Below are positions 10,656-21,822 of a DNA stretch of 64,000 bases, one piece after another. Under the pieces are notes generated by a model. That model saw nothing but the letters and a program-made list of their open reading frames with translations, was not told the origin of the DNA and ran no database searches. A program made the position numbers and the translations under genes. Within the stretch, counting starts at the first letter, position 1. Each line of letters opens with the position of its first letter. Source of the DNA: an uncultured delta proteobacterium (lineage in GTDB: Bacteria; Desulfobacterota; Binatia; UBA9968); the NCBI GenBank assembly GCA_963755715.1, contig CAVWLW010000034.1, positions 60,638 to 124,637 of the forward strand, written 5' to 3'.

Positions 10656-11333
10656 TCACGCAGGTCGAGGATCGTGATCCTCCATCCTCGATTCTTCATT
10701 CTCGGCCTTTTCCACGTGTGAGTAGCCAAACACTTCAGCAAAGTGGTGGAGAAACCGATTTCGAATACGCTCCATGCTCTGCTCCATGTCGAGCTCTTGT
10801 CTCATGGAAGTCACCTCGGCCCAAGTCAGACCGCAGGGAATGATGCGTTTAAAATAACTCAGATCCGGGTTCACATTCAGCGCTAAGCCGTGAAAGGTGA
10901 TACTCCGGCGCACCGCGATGCCGATGGCCGCGATCTTTTTGTCGCCAATCCAAATGCCGGTGAAGGGCGGACGGCGCGTGCCGGTAAGTCCGAAATCTTT
11001 CAAGGTGCGAATGGCGGATAATTCGAGGTTCCTCACGTAACGATGCACGTCCTTGCGCAGCTTGGAGCGCAAATCGATGATCGGATAAGCGACCAGCTGC
11101 CCCGGTCCGTGATATGTCACATCGCCGCCGCGGCTGGTGCAAATGACCGGAACTTCTTCTGGCGCGAGCACATTCGATTCCTTACCGCCGCGACCGAGAG
11201 TGTAAACATGAGGATGTTCGACGAAGAGCAGAATGTCGGCCGAGGCCTCGCGCTGCTTGGATTCGACGAGCCGTTCTTGCAACTCAAGCGCGGCGAGATA
11301 TTCCATGCGGCCGAGGTTTCTGTGAAGAAGCAT
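10656..11333 (-). CDS. lipB: Lipoyl(octanoyl) transferase
   Basis: EHPHVYTLG, RGGDVTYHGPGQLVAYP, KIAAIG, IIPCG. Confidence 0.96.
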   Translation of the reverse strand: MLLHRNLGRMEYLAALELQERLVESKQREASADILLFVEHPHVYTLGRGGKESNVLAPEEVPVICTSRGGDVTYHGPGQLVAYPIIDLRSKLRKDVHRYVRNLELSAIRTLKDFGLTGTRRPPFTGIWIGDKKIAAIGIAVRRSITFHGLALNVNPDLSYFKRIIPCGLTWAEVTSMRQELDMEQSMERIRNRFLHHFAEVFGYSHVEKAENEESRMEDHDPRPA

Positions 11334-11402
11334 GATAGTCGCTTTGTTAATTTCTATCGCCCATCCCAAGTGGATTCAAGCTCATCGCAACATGGCGGCG
11401 AT

Positions 11403-11432
11403 TTGACAGAAAAGTGGGGCGACAGCTACAGT
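11403..11432 (+). promoter_or_regulatory. Putative sigma70 promoter for NCS2 permease
   Basis: TTGACA-N18-TACAGT about 28 nt before ATG at 11460. Confidence 0.45.
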
Positions 11433-11459
11433 CGGCGAAAATTTATCGGGAGATGTTCC

Positions 11460-13004
11460 ATGCCGCAAGCGACCTTCAATCCACCCTGGTTCGTGCGTAA
11501 AGATCTCGACGGCTTTTTCGGTCTGATGATTGACAACCTGATTCAACTTATTCTGATCGTCAGTTTTTGCCGCGAGCTGATTCATCTGCCGGACGATTAC
11601 ATTTTTGGCAGGATTCTTCCCGGCGCGGCGATTTCGATTCTGGTCGGCAATTTTTTTTACGCTTGGCAGGCGCGCCGACTGGCGCGCGAAACGGGACGCG
11701 AAGACGTGACCGCGCTGCCCTACGGCATCAACACGGTCAGCCTCTTCGCTTTTGTTTTCTTTATTATGCTGCCGATTTATCTCGAGACCAAAGATCCCAT
11801 CTGGGCTTGGAAGGTCGGCTTGGTCGCCTGTTTTTTAAATGGCGTAATTGAAATCTTCGGCGCCTTTATCGCCGAGAGCGTACGCCGTGTCACGCCGCGC
11901 GCGGCGTTGCTCTCCGCATTGTCCGGCATCGCGATTACTTTCATCGCCATGGATTTTACCTTCAAGATTTTCGCCCGGCCGCTGGTCGCGCTGGTGCCGA
12001 TGGCGTTAATCTTCGTCGCCTACTTCTCCCATCAAAAATTGCCGCTCGGTTTGCCCGGCGGCATGGTGGCCATCGCCGTCGGTACTTTGCTAGGCTGGAC
12101 GCTCGGCACGATGAACCCCGGTGCAATCACCACCAGCCATTCGATCGCTCTGCCGATTTTTTCGGGCGGCGCGCTTTGGCAAGCGCTCACGGATCCGGCC
12201 TTCCTCAATTATTTCTCGGTGATTCTCCCCATGGGAATTTTCAATGTCGTCGGCTCACTGCAGAATATCGAAAGCGCCGAGGCGGCCGGCGATCGCTTTC
12301 GCACGTTCCCATCCCTGATGGCAAACGGCATCGGTTCGGTGGTCGCGGCGCTGTTCGGCAGTGTTTTCCCGACGACGATCTACATCGGTCATCCGGGCTG
12401 GAAGCGGCTCGGCGCGCGCTCCGGTTATTCCGCTTTGAACGGCATCTTGATTAGTGTTCTCTGTCTCACAGGCACGATCCAAACCGTGCTCGGCTTGATT
12501 CCGCTCGAAGCGGGCATCGGCATTCTGCTTTACATTGGTATCATCATCGTCGCTCAGGCGTTTCAAGAAACGCCGAAAGAGCATGCGCCGGCGGTCGCCC
12601 TCGGCATTGTCCCGGCGTTGGCGGGCTGGGGCTTGTTGATGGTTGAGACGGGTCTTCGGGCTGCGGGAAAATCGCTCTTCCAAGTCGGCTTAGCGAAGTT
12701 TGATAGCGCAAGTCTGGCGATTCACGGCATGATTTCCCTGGAGCGCGGCTTTATCTTTACTTCGATGATTCTCGCGGCGATCGGCGTGGCGTTGATCGAG
12801 CGCAAGTTCGCGCGCGCCGGAGCGTGGGCGCTGGCGGCCGCGCTGCTTTCGGCCATTGGCATTATTCACGCCTATGATCTCACTGACGGTGGGATTACGA
12901 GCCGTTTCGGGCTGATGGCGGCGCCGGATTTTTTTATAAGTTATCTGCTTTTGGCACTGTTGTTTTTCGCTGTTGGCTTCTGGGTAAAAAATGGTACGCC
13001 GTAA
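11460..13004 (+). CDS. NCS2/AzgA-like nucleobase permease
   Basis: DLDGFFGL..DNL, TALPYGIN, PTTIYIGHPGWK motifs; many TM helices. Confidence 0.8.
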   Translation: MPQATFNPPWFVRKDLDGFFGLMIDNLIQLILIVSFCRELIHLPDDYIFGRILPGAAISILVGNFFYAWQARRLARETGREDVTALPYGINTVSLFAFVFFIMLPIYLETKDPIWAWKVGLVACFLNGVIEIFGAFIAESVRRVTPRAALLSALSGIAITFIAMDFTFKIFARPLVALVPMALIFVAYFSHQKLPLGLPGGMVAIAVGTLLGWTLGTMNPGAITTSHSIALPIFSGGALWQALTDPAFLNYFSVILPMGIFNVVGSLQNIESAEAAGDRFRTFPSLMANGIGSVVAALFGSVFPTTIYIGHPGWKRLGARSGYSALNGILISVLCLTGTIQTVLGLIPLEAGIGILLYIGIIIVAQAFQETPKEHAPAVALGIVPALAGWGLLMVETGLRAAGKSLFQVGLAKFDSASLAIHGMISLERGFIFTSMILAAIGVALIERKFARAGAWALAAALLSAIGIIHAYDLTDGGITSRFGLMAAPDFFISYLLLALLFFAVGFWVKNGTP

Positions 13005-13017
13005 ACTTAATAGCGAT

Positions 13018-13644
13018 TTAAGAGCGAGTGACCACCGCTGCGGGCACGTATTCCCGCCCATTGACTTCGGTGAGATCCCAACCGGCGCCATCGTAGGCGA
13101 GCCTAGCAATGCCGCATGGGTCGAGGTGAAACGTCCGATATTCGTTGAGGTGGGTGCCGGTGACGCGGCAAACGATACCCAAGATTGGAAAGTTGTGGCT
13201 GACGATGACGATCCGCTCCGCCTCGGCGTGGCGCTGCACGATCTGATTGAGTCCATCCCATGCGCGCTCGGCGACATCGGCAAGTCTTTCGCCCCCGGGT
13301 ACGCAAATCTCGGCGGGTTCGCTGCGCCAGCGCACGAGAAAATCTCCATAGGTCGATTTGATTTCGTTGAAAGTCAGCCCTTCCAGCTCGCCGTGATCCA
13401 GCTCGCGCACGGCATCGTCGATCAATACCGGTAAATTGTGCGGATGGCTGATGCGCTCGGCGGTCTGGCGCGCGCGCTGAAGACCGCTGGAATAGACGGC
13501 GTCGACTCCTTCGTTGCTCAACCGCTCGGCAATCTGTTCGGCCTGGCGGATGCCGACTTCACTGAGGTTGCGATCGCTCGAGCCCTGGCAGCGGCCCTGA
13601 AGATTCCAGTCCGTCGCGCCGTGGCGCACCAAGATGATTTGCAC
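13018..13644 (-). CDS. Histidine phosphatase (GpmB/CobC-like)
   Basis: LVRHGAT RHG motif, SSGLQRARQTA, VSH. Confidence 0.88.
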   Translation of the reverse strand: MQIILVRHGATDWNLQGRCQGSSDRNLSEVGIRQAEQIAERLSNEGVDAVYSSGLQRARQTAERISHPHNLPVLIDDAVRELDHGELEGLTFNEIKSTYGDFLVRWRSEPAEICVPGGERLADVAERAWDGLNQIVQRHAEAERIVIVSHNFPILGIVCRVTGTHLNEYRTFHLDPCGIARLAYDGAGWDLTEVNGREYVPAAVVTRS

Positions 13645-13670
13645 TTCAGATGTCTCCGGCTTAAGCGCGC

Positions 13671-15581
13671 TTAACTTTCTTCGAGAAAAGAATTATTGAC
13701 CTTGACTTGCGCTTTGGCTTTCAGGCTTTCGAGAAATTTGACCAGGGCTCGTTGGCGCCCTTCGGCCAGAGCTTGTTTCATCAAAGCGTCTTTTTCCTTT
13801 TCGAATTGCTCCATGTTGGCGGCCTGGCTATCTTTGAAATCAAGCACGTAGACGGCGTCTTTCTGCGTGTAGAGCTTTTCCGGAACGGGTTTTTGCGCCG
13901 ACAGCGCGATCGGTCCCCCTTTGAGCTCAGCCAGATCGCCGATCTTTGGCAATTGCGCCGCACTGCGCTGAAACAAGCCGGTTTCCTCGACTTTCAAACC
14001 ATTCGCTTGGGCGAGCTTGGCAATATCTTTTTCTTTTTTCAGTTGCTCGAGCAGGCTGTTGCCCTTTTGCAGAGCCAATTCATAGGCCTTTGATTCTCTG
14101 AGCCCTTTTTCGATTTGTCCGCGCACGCTGTCGAGCGGCGGAATCGCCGGCTCTCGTCTCTGCTTTATGCGCAGCATGTAATAAGCGTTTCTTCCTTCGA
14201 TGAGCGGGCTGGTCTCTTTCGCGCTCAATGCAAAAGCGTTTTTATAGAATTCCTGATTGTCGCCGATTTCCGGTAAAGTCTCGCCGCTGGCAAGCCAATT
14301 CGTCACCGTGAGCTTAGCACCGCTGTCTTGCGCCAACTTGGCGAAGTCGACTCCGGCGAGCGCTTTTTCGCGGTCGCGATCGGAGACCTTGGCGGCTTCG
14401 CGTTTGGCTTTCTCGGCTTTCAACGTCTTGGTAATTTCTGCGCTCGCTTCTTTGAGGCTCTGGGTTTTTTCTTCCTTGAAATCTTCTACTTTGAAGATCT
14501 GAAGGCCCGCCGGCGTTTCTATAGGATCACTGACGGCGCCCTTTTTCAGAGCAAAGATTGCTTTTTCGATCGGCGGCGGCAATTGACCCGCAGCCACCCA
14601 GCCAAGGTCGCCGCCTTTCTCGGCGCTCGGATCATTGGATTCCAGTTTGGCCAATTGGCTAAAGTCTTTGCCGCCACGCGCTTCTTTGACGATGCCGTCG
14701 GCGCGCGCTTGAGCGGCCTTTTTCTGATTGGCATCAGTGCCGGGTGGGAGGGGAATCGAAATGTAACGCACTTTCGCTTCTTTGGGGTTATGAAATTTAT
14801 CCTCACGATGGCTTTGGTAGTAATCCTCGATTTCCTTCTCGCTCACCTGACTGGACGAGGTGAATTGCTCGAAGGGATAGCTGAGGTATTCGAGCTGGAT
14901 TTTTAGCGGCTCTTTGAGCGATTCCTTGTTACGCTCGTAATATTTATTGATGTCGTCCTCGGTGAGTTTGACTTGCGAAGTCAGATCGCTGATCGGCAGC
15001 TTGATGTAATTCAAATTGATTTTTTCCTGGTCGATCCGATAACGATCGCGCACTTCGGCTTCGGTCACATGGACGGCGTCAAGGATGATGCTGTAAAGAC
15101 GCTGGATCGTCAGTTGGTCGCGCTGGTCGGCTTCGAACTGCGCGGGCAAAATTTGATTGGCCTGAAGAATTTGCAAATAGCGCTCTTTATTAAAACGGCC
15201 GCCCACCTGAAATTCCGGCGCTTGGGTAATATTCACCGCGAGATCGTCGTCGGTCGCCGTAAGTCCAAGACTATGAGCCTCCTGCAGTACGAGCTTTTTC
15301 TGGATCAGTTCCTCGAGCAGATTGCCTTTGAGGTTCAGGCCTTTGATCATATCCGGCGTGAGCGAGCCCTTGAGGATTTGGCGATAGCGCTCCACGGCCC
15401 GTTCATAGGCTAGGGCAAATTCGCGCTGGCTGATCGTCTCGCCGTTGATTTGGGCCACTTCGGTGTTCGTTGGATCATGTAACTTGCCGGCGCCGTAGAA
15501 GACGACAAAGCTTAAAATAATCAGACCTAAAAAGAAGATAATGATCCAGTTTCTTTTACGCTTGCGTAAAAAATCGAGCAT
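13671..15581 (-). CDS. ppiD: PpiD/SurA-like membrane-anchored parvulin peptidyl-prolyl isomerase
   Basis: N-terminal TM, VAQINGETIS SurA-N region, DFSQLAKLESNDPSAEKGGDLGW parvulin motif. Confidence 0.85.
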   Translation of the reverse strand: MLDFLRKRKRNWIIIFFLGLIILSFVVFYGAGKLHDPTNTEVAQINGETISQREFALAYERAVERYRQILKGSLTPDMIKGLNLKGNLLEELIQKKLVLQEAHSLGLTATDDDLAVNITQAPEFQVGGRFNKERYLQILQANQILPAQFEADQRDQLTIQRLYSIILDAVHVTEAEVRDRYRIDQEKINLNYIKLPISDLTSQVKLTEDDINKYYERNKESLKEPLKIQLEYLSYPFEQFTSSSQVSEKEIEDYYQSHREDKFHNPKEAKVRYISIPLPPGTDANQKKAAQARADGIVKEARGGKDFSQLAKLESNDPSAEKGGDLGWVAAGQLPPPIEKAIFALKKGAVSDPIETPAGLQIFKVEDFKEEKTQSLKEASAEITKTLKAEKAKREAAKVSDRDREKALAGVDFAKLAQDSGAKLTVTNWLASGETLPEIGDNQEFYKNAFALSAKETSPLIEGRNAYYMLRIKQRREPAIPPLDSVRGQIEKGLRESKAYELALQKGNSLLEQLKKEKDIAKLAQANGLKVEETGLFQRSAAQLPKIGDLAELKGGPIALSAQKPVPEKLYTQKDAVYVLDFKDSQAANMEQFEKEKDALMKQALAEGRQRALVKFLESLKAKAQVKVNNSFLEES

Positions 15582-15630
15582 TTTAACTTGTAACCTTTCG
15601 AAAAAAGATGCGGTAAAAAACGGCCCAATT

Positions 15631-15659
15631 ATGATAAAAAATGCCTCTGCGTATTGCAA
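15631..15659 (-). promoter_or_regulatory. Putative sigma70 promoter for ppiD
   Basis: Minus strand TTGCAA-N17-TATCAT in the AT-rich divergent intergenic region. Confidence 0.45.
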
Positions 15660-15747
15660 CCTGCCAAGCGTAGTAAAACGATTTTTCTTTAAGTTTTTCA
15701 TTATCTTGCTAGATTCAGGGGAATCTGTTATTTTCTCGATGCTTTAG

Positions 15748-16815
<1,068 letters not shown>

Positions 16816-16862
16816 ACCGAGGTCCGCATGCATTCTGATTATTGGAGGCAATCGAGCCTTCC

Positions 16863-17699
16863 ATGCTCGCTTTTCTTCGTAAGAATCAAGTTCCGCTGAG
16901 CGCTTGTTTCTGTCTCCTTCTGTCGATTTACATTTTGATCGCGGCCGCGCGCGGCCAGTTGAAAAATGAGCCGCTCGGCGCTCTGTTGATGTGGATCATG
17001 CGGCCGCTGCAAATCGCTTCCCAGGGAGCGGTTAATTGGATCACCGATTTTCGGGAAAATTACGACACGCTCGCGGGATTCCGAACTGAAAATGAGAGAC
17101 TGCGGCAACGCATCCAAAACCTCGAGATCGAAAGACAGAAACTCTTAGAGGCCGAAGCGACCAATCGTCAACTGAAGCAACTGCTCGATTTCCGCAGTCA
17201 TCTGATACCGCCCGGTGCGATCACCGCGACGATCATCGCCAACAGCGCCGCGAGTTGGTTTCAAAGTTGTCAGATCGACAAAGGCAGCGCTGACGGTGTG
17301 CGCAAAGGGATGGCAGTGGTGACGCCGCTCGGTGTCGTCGGCCAGGTCGTTGCCGTCACGCCGCGCGCGGCGAAGGTCCTTTTGTTGACCGATCCCAACA
17401 GCGGCATCGACGTGCTCGTCCAACGGACCCGCAGTCGGGGCATCGTTTCCGGATCTTTAGAGAACGGGATAGTTTTGAAATACATGAAACGGAGCGAAGA
17501 CGTTCAAGAAGGCGATCGGCTGATTACGTCAGGAATGGACGGCGTATTTCCCAAAGGCTTAATGGTTGGCACCGTGATCAAGGTGCTTAAACAGCACATT
17601 GGACTGTTCCAGTTCGTCGAAGTGCTGCCGGCGGTGCAAACCCCACGCACCGAGAACGTTCTCGTGGTTACCACGGACGGCGGCGCGGTAAAAAACTAA
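16863..17699 (+). CDS. mreC: Rod shape-determining protein MreC
   Basis: TM, coiled coil, IDKGSADGV, TSGMDGVFPKG; synteny. Confidence 0.95.
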   Translation: MLAFLRKNQVPLSACFCLLLSIYILIAAARGQLKNEPLGALLMWIMRPLQIASQGAVNWITDFRENYDTLAGFRTENERLRQRIQNLEIERQKLLEAEATNRQLKQLLDFRSHLIPPGAITATIIANSAASWFQSCQIDKGSADGVRKGMAVVTPLGVVGQVVAVTPRAAKVLLLTDPNSGIDVLVQRTRSRGIVSGSLENGIVLKYMKRSEDVQEGDRLITSGMDGVFPKGLMVGTVIKVLKQHIGLFQFVEVLPAVQTPRTENVLVVTTDGGAVKN

Positions 17700-17732
17700 C
17701 CAACCGAGCCGCTAACCATAGCCATTTCTCCC

Positions 17733-18239
17733 ATGCGGTTGTTCTTGCTCTTTTTCCTAGTTGCAATTTTCGTGCTCTTGCTGCAAACAACCCTGCTTCA
17801 TTTATTACCCATCAGCCCCGTTGTTCCTGATTTGACGCTCGTGCTGTGCGTTTATTTAGGGTTGTACCATCCGACCGTGGGGGCCGCCCTGGGCGCTTTT
17901 TTGCTAGGTTACTCGATCGACATCGTCTCGAGCCGGATCATCGGTCTCAATGCCTTTGCCATGTCACTGGTCTTTTTAACAGTGTACTTGAGCTCGCGCG
18001 CAATCTGGCTGCAAAATCCGCTAGTGACGTCGTTCGTCGTGCTGCTCGCGTCGCTCGTTAAGGGCGTGGCTTTGGTGCTGGTGTCAGCGATTTTCGTGAG
18101 CATCGAAGGTTTCTGGATCGGCGCGGGTTGGTATATAATCAAAGAAGCTTTATTGGCGGCGCTGCTTGCGCCGATCGTTTTCGCGCTCTTACGACGCGGC
18201 GAGAGCTACGTCAACAGATTTCGCGCGCCGGCTCAATAA
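17733..18239 (+). CDS. mreD: Rod shape-determining protein MreD
   Basis: Hydrophobic, PDLTL motif; between mreC and mrdA. Confidence 0.9.
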   Translation: MRLFLLFFLVAIFVLLLQTTLLHLLPISPVVPDLTLVLCVYLGLYHPTVGAALGAFLLGYSIDIVSSRIIGLNAFAMSLVFLTVYLSSRAIWLQNPLVTSFVVLLASLVKGVALVLVSAIFVSIEGFWIGAGWYIIKEALLAALLAPIVFALLRRGESYVNRFRAPAQ

Positions 18240-18248
18240 TCAGGGACG

Positions 18249-20129
18249 ATGTTGGCACTTGGCGATATCAACAAGCAAGACGGTGCGCCCGAGCTGCGCC
18301 GGCGCGTCCGTCTGCTCTACGTCATTCTAACTCTGGCTTTCCTGACACTCGTCAGCCGGCTGGTGTTTCTGCAAATCATTCAAGGCGAGCGCTACACGTT
18401 TTTATCCGAGAATAACCGCATACGCATCAAGCGAGTGCCCGGCACTCGCGGCATGATCTACGACCGCGAAGGCCAATTGCTGGTCGACAGCCGGCCGTCT
18501 TTCGATCTCACCTTCGTGCCGGAGGATAGCGAAAGCCCGGAGACGACCCTGCGCTTGCTGGCGCGCTACTTACAGCGCGATGAAAGCGAACTGCTCAAAA
18601 CTTTCGAAGAGAATAAGAGCCGAGCGGCCTTCGATGAGTTGGTGATCGGCCGCGATGTCGATTGGTCAGCGGTCGTCGCCGTGGAAACCCATCAGCTCGA
18701 TTTGCCGGGCGTGACTCTGCGCGCCCGGCCGCGGCGCAGCTATGCGGATGGCCCAATGGCTGCGCATGTTCTCGGCTATTTGGGTGAAATCAATCAAAAA
18801 CAGCTCAAGATCCTAAAAGAGCAGGGATACGTCATCGGCGATGAAATTGGCCAATACGGACTCGAGCGGCGCTGGGAAGAATTGCTGCGCGGCCAAAGCG
18901 GCGGACAACAAGTCGAGGTCGATGCCCTCGGCCGGCGCGTGCGCGTGCTGCACGAGGTCACCGACGTGCCCGGCTACACGGTCCACCTGACCTTGGACCG
19001 CCAATTGCAGCTCACCGCTTACGAAGCGCTCAACGGTAAACAGGGCACCATCGTTGCGCTGGATGTTCACAACGGCGCCATACTTGCGCTGGCCAGCACT
19101 CCGGCGTTTGATCCGAATGCTTTTGCCCGCGGAATCAAATCCGAAGAATGGAACGGCCTCATTAAAGACCAGCTTCGGCCGCTCAACAATCGCGCGATTC
19201 AAGGTCAATATCCACCGGGCTCGACTTTCAAAATCATCATGGCGATCGCCGGGCTCGAAGAAGGCGTCATTCAACCGGAAAGTTCCATTCAAGATCCCGG
19301 CTTTTATACTTTCGGTAATCGCAGCTTTCGCGATTGGAAAAAAGGCGGTCACGGCACCGTCAATTTACACAAAGCGATCGTCGAGTCCTGCGACACCTAT
19401 TTTTATCAGCTCGGTCCGAAGCTCGGCGTCGACCGCATCGCCAAGTGGGCGCGCGCCTTTGGCTTGGGCGAAAAAACCGGAGTGGTCTTGGACGACGAAA
19501 AAGGCGGCACGATTCCCGATACGGAATGGAAAAGGAAACGGTTCCGTCAACCCTGGTTTCCCGGCGAAACGGTTTCCGTAGCCATCGGCCAGGGATATGT
19601 CACGGTGACGCCGTTGCAGCTCGCCAATATGATGGCCGCTGTGGCCAACGGCGGTAAGCTGTATCGTCCCTACTTGGTCAACAAGGTGGAATCCGTGGAT
19701 GGCGCGACGGTGCGCGAATATGGACCGGAGCTCATACGCAACATCGAGTTGAAACCGGACACCTTGAAGCGCGTTCACGAAGCGCTCGCCGATGTCGTCA
19801 ATGGCGCCGGCGGCACGGGTGGCGCGGCCAGATCCCAGATTGTTCGGGTCGCCGGCAAAACTGGCACCGCGCAGGTCGTCGAGATGAAGGGGGGCTATGT
19901 TAAGACGGAACAACTAGCGTATTTCAACCGCGACCACGCCTGGTTTGTTTCCTATGCGCCCGTGGACAATCCGCAAATCGCCATCGCTGTCCTGGTAGAG
20001 CATGGCGGACATGGCGGCGACGCCGCGGCGCCGATGGCAAAAAAAGTGTTTGAGAAGTTTATCGAGTTGCAAAAACAAAGCACCGACAAGCAACAGGTGC
20101 GGGTGGACGGAGAGAGCCGTGCAAATTGA
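18249..20129 (+). CDS. mrdA: Penicillin-binding protein 2
   Basis: PGSTFK (SxxK), SCD, KTGTAQ; synteny. Confidence 0.96.
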   Translation: MLALGDINKQDGAPELRRRVRLLYVILTLAFLTLVSRLVFLQIIQGERYTFLSENNRIRIKRVPGTRGMIYDREGQLLVDSRPSFDLTFVPEDSESPETTLRLLARYLQRDESELLKTFEENKSRAAFDELVIGRDVDWSAVVAVETHQLDLPGVTLRARPRRSYADGPMAAHVLGYLGEINQKQLKILKEQGYVIGDEIGQYGLERRWEELLRGQSGGQQVEVDALGRRVRVLHEVTDVPGYTVHLTLDRQLQLTAYEALNGKQGTIVALDVHNGAILALASTPAFDPNAFARGIKSEEWNGLIKDQLRPLNNRAIQGQYPPGSTFKIIMAIAGLEEGVIQPESSIQDPGFYTFGNRSFRDWKKGGHGTVNLHKAIVESCDTYFYQLGPKLGVDRIAKWARAFGLGEKTGVVLDDEKGGTIPDTEWKRKRFRQPWFPGETVSVAIGQGYVTVTPLQLANMMAAVANGGKLYRPYLVNKVESVDGATVREYGPELIRNIELKPDTLKRVHEALADVVNGAGGTGGAARSQIVRVAGKTGTAQVVEMKGGYVKTEQLAYFNRDHAWFVSYAPVDNPQIAIAVLVEHGGHGGDAAAPMAKKVFEKFIELQKQSTDKQQVRVDGESRAN

Positions 20130-21223
20130 TCGCCGCCTGATCTCGCATTTCGACTGGACTCTGCTTTTCCTCTCGCTAGCGTTCGTCGCTATCGGCGTCA
20201 CGACGATTTACAGCGCTAACTATGACATGGCAGCGGGGCACGCAGGTCCCTTGCCGATGCGCCAAGTGACTTGGTTGGGACTCGGGCTGGTCGCCATGAT
20301 GACCGGCGATAAGTTTTGACTATCACTATATCGACCGGTTGGCGTACCCCTTTTATGGCGCCATGCTGCTGCTCTTGGCGCTGGTGCTGATCGTCGGCCA
20401 CTCGGGTGGCGGCTCGCAGCGTTGGATCAATCTCGGTTTTTTCCGACTGCAACCTTCCGAGCCGGCCAAGCTCGCCATCGTGCTCGTGATGGCCAAATAT
20501 TTTCAGACCGACGAACCGCCGCGCGGCTATTTCTTGCGCGATCTTTGGGTGCCATTCGCGCTGGTTGCGCCGCTGGTGATCTTGACTCTGGTACAGCCTG
20601 ACTTGGGCACGGCGATCATTCTCGGTATCGTCTTCATCAGCATGATCTTGATGGGCGGTCTGCGGCTACGCTCCTTTGCCTACCTGGTTGGCGCCGGCTT
20701 GGCTTTCTTGCCCATCGCTTGGCATTTCTTAAAGCAATACCAGCGTAACCGCATCTTGACCTTTCTCGATCCCGATCGCGATCCGTTGGGCGCGGGCTAT
20801 CACGTCATTCAATCGCAAATCGCGATCGGCTCGGGGCGGCTTTTCGGCAAAGGCTTTCTCCACGGCACGCAAAACCGGCTCGACTTTTTGCCCGCGCAGC
20901 ACACGGATTTTATCTTTGCGGTGTTTTCCGAAGAATGGGGCTTTATCGGCTGCGCGATCTTGCTTTTTCTCTACTTCGTCATGATCGCTTACTGTCTCAG
21001 GCAGGTTCAACGAGCCAAGGACCGCTTCGGCGCGCTGCTGATTTTTGGCATGATCGCCATCGTGTTTTGGCATGTCGCTATCAACGTCGCCATGGTCGCC
21101 GGTGTGATGCCGGTCGTCGGCGTTCCTCTGCCAATGGTGAGCTATGGCGGCTCCGCTCTTGCGTCCATGATGTTCGCCATCGGCGTCATCATGAACGTGA
21201 GCATGCGGCGGTATGTGTTCTGA
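20119..21223 (+). CDS. rodA: Rod shape-determining protein RodA, frameshift near 20305
   Basis: GTG start VQIDRRLISHFDW; QPSEPAK, QPDLGT, LPAQHTDFIF, SYGGS. Confidence 0.93.
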
Positions 21224-21409
21224 TCGCGGCGATTACGAGCGACTTTCTTGACTTCGGCTTGCCGCGCGAAATTTTCCGCGACGATCCCTGCTCCTCAAAC
21301 GACCACGATTGCGGCGGGCGAAGCTAGTCGAAAATTTACGCTTCCTTTCAGCGGAGACGGAGTTCTTTACTTACAAAAGGTTAGATTGCTTGGAAAGCGT
21401 CAAGTACTT

Positions 21410-21455
21410 AAAAAAACAACGGCCGCCTGCATTCGGTACGCGATGCAGGCGGCCG
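21410..21455 (-). terminator. Rho-independent terminator after trxA
   Basis: 13-bp stem CGGCCGCCTGCAT/ATGCAGGCGGCCG followed on the minus strand by TTGTTTTTTT. Confidence 0.75.
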
Positions 21456-21482
21456 CGCTGCTATCGCAGGCGATTGATCTTC

Positions 21483-21809
21483 TTACTGCAATGCCTTCTC
21501 GATGGCGCTTACCAATTTCGCTTTCGGCACCGCGCCGACGATTTGTTCCTTCACGGCGCCGCCTTTGAGAATGATTAAATTCGGAATTCCCCGAATGCCG
21601 TAGCGCGAGGCGGTGGCGGGGTGTTCATCGACATTGAGCTTGGTCACTTTGAGTTTGCCTTCATATTCGCCGGCGATTTCTTCGACGATCGGCGCGATGG
21701 ATTTACACGGGCCGCACCAGGGCGCCCAAAAATCGACTAGCACCGGTACCGTTGACTTTAAAACTTCAGCTTCGAAATTGTTGTCGCCTACCTCGGTGAT
21801 TTTTCCCAT
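21483..21809 (-). CDS. trxA: Thioredoxin
   Basis: DFWAPWCGPCK; GGAGG SD before MGKITEV. Confidence 0.95.
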   Translation of the reverse strand: MGKITEVGDNNFEAEVLKSTVPVLVDFWAPWCGPCKSIAPIVEEIAGEYEGKLKVTKLNVDEHPATASRYGIRGIPNLIILKGGAVKEQIVGAVPKAKLVSAIEKALQ

Positions 21810-21822
21810 AACCAGGACCTCC

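Noticed and set aside
11043-11459. Long N-terminal extensions in the ORF track (NCS2; also malK, pepA, trxA, TpsA, REC-cyclase)
   Set aside because: They overlap neighbouring genes or lack start signals; downstream ATGs fit family lengths
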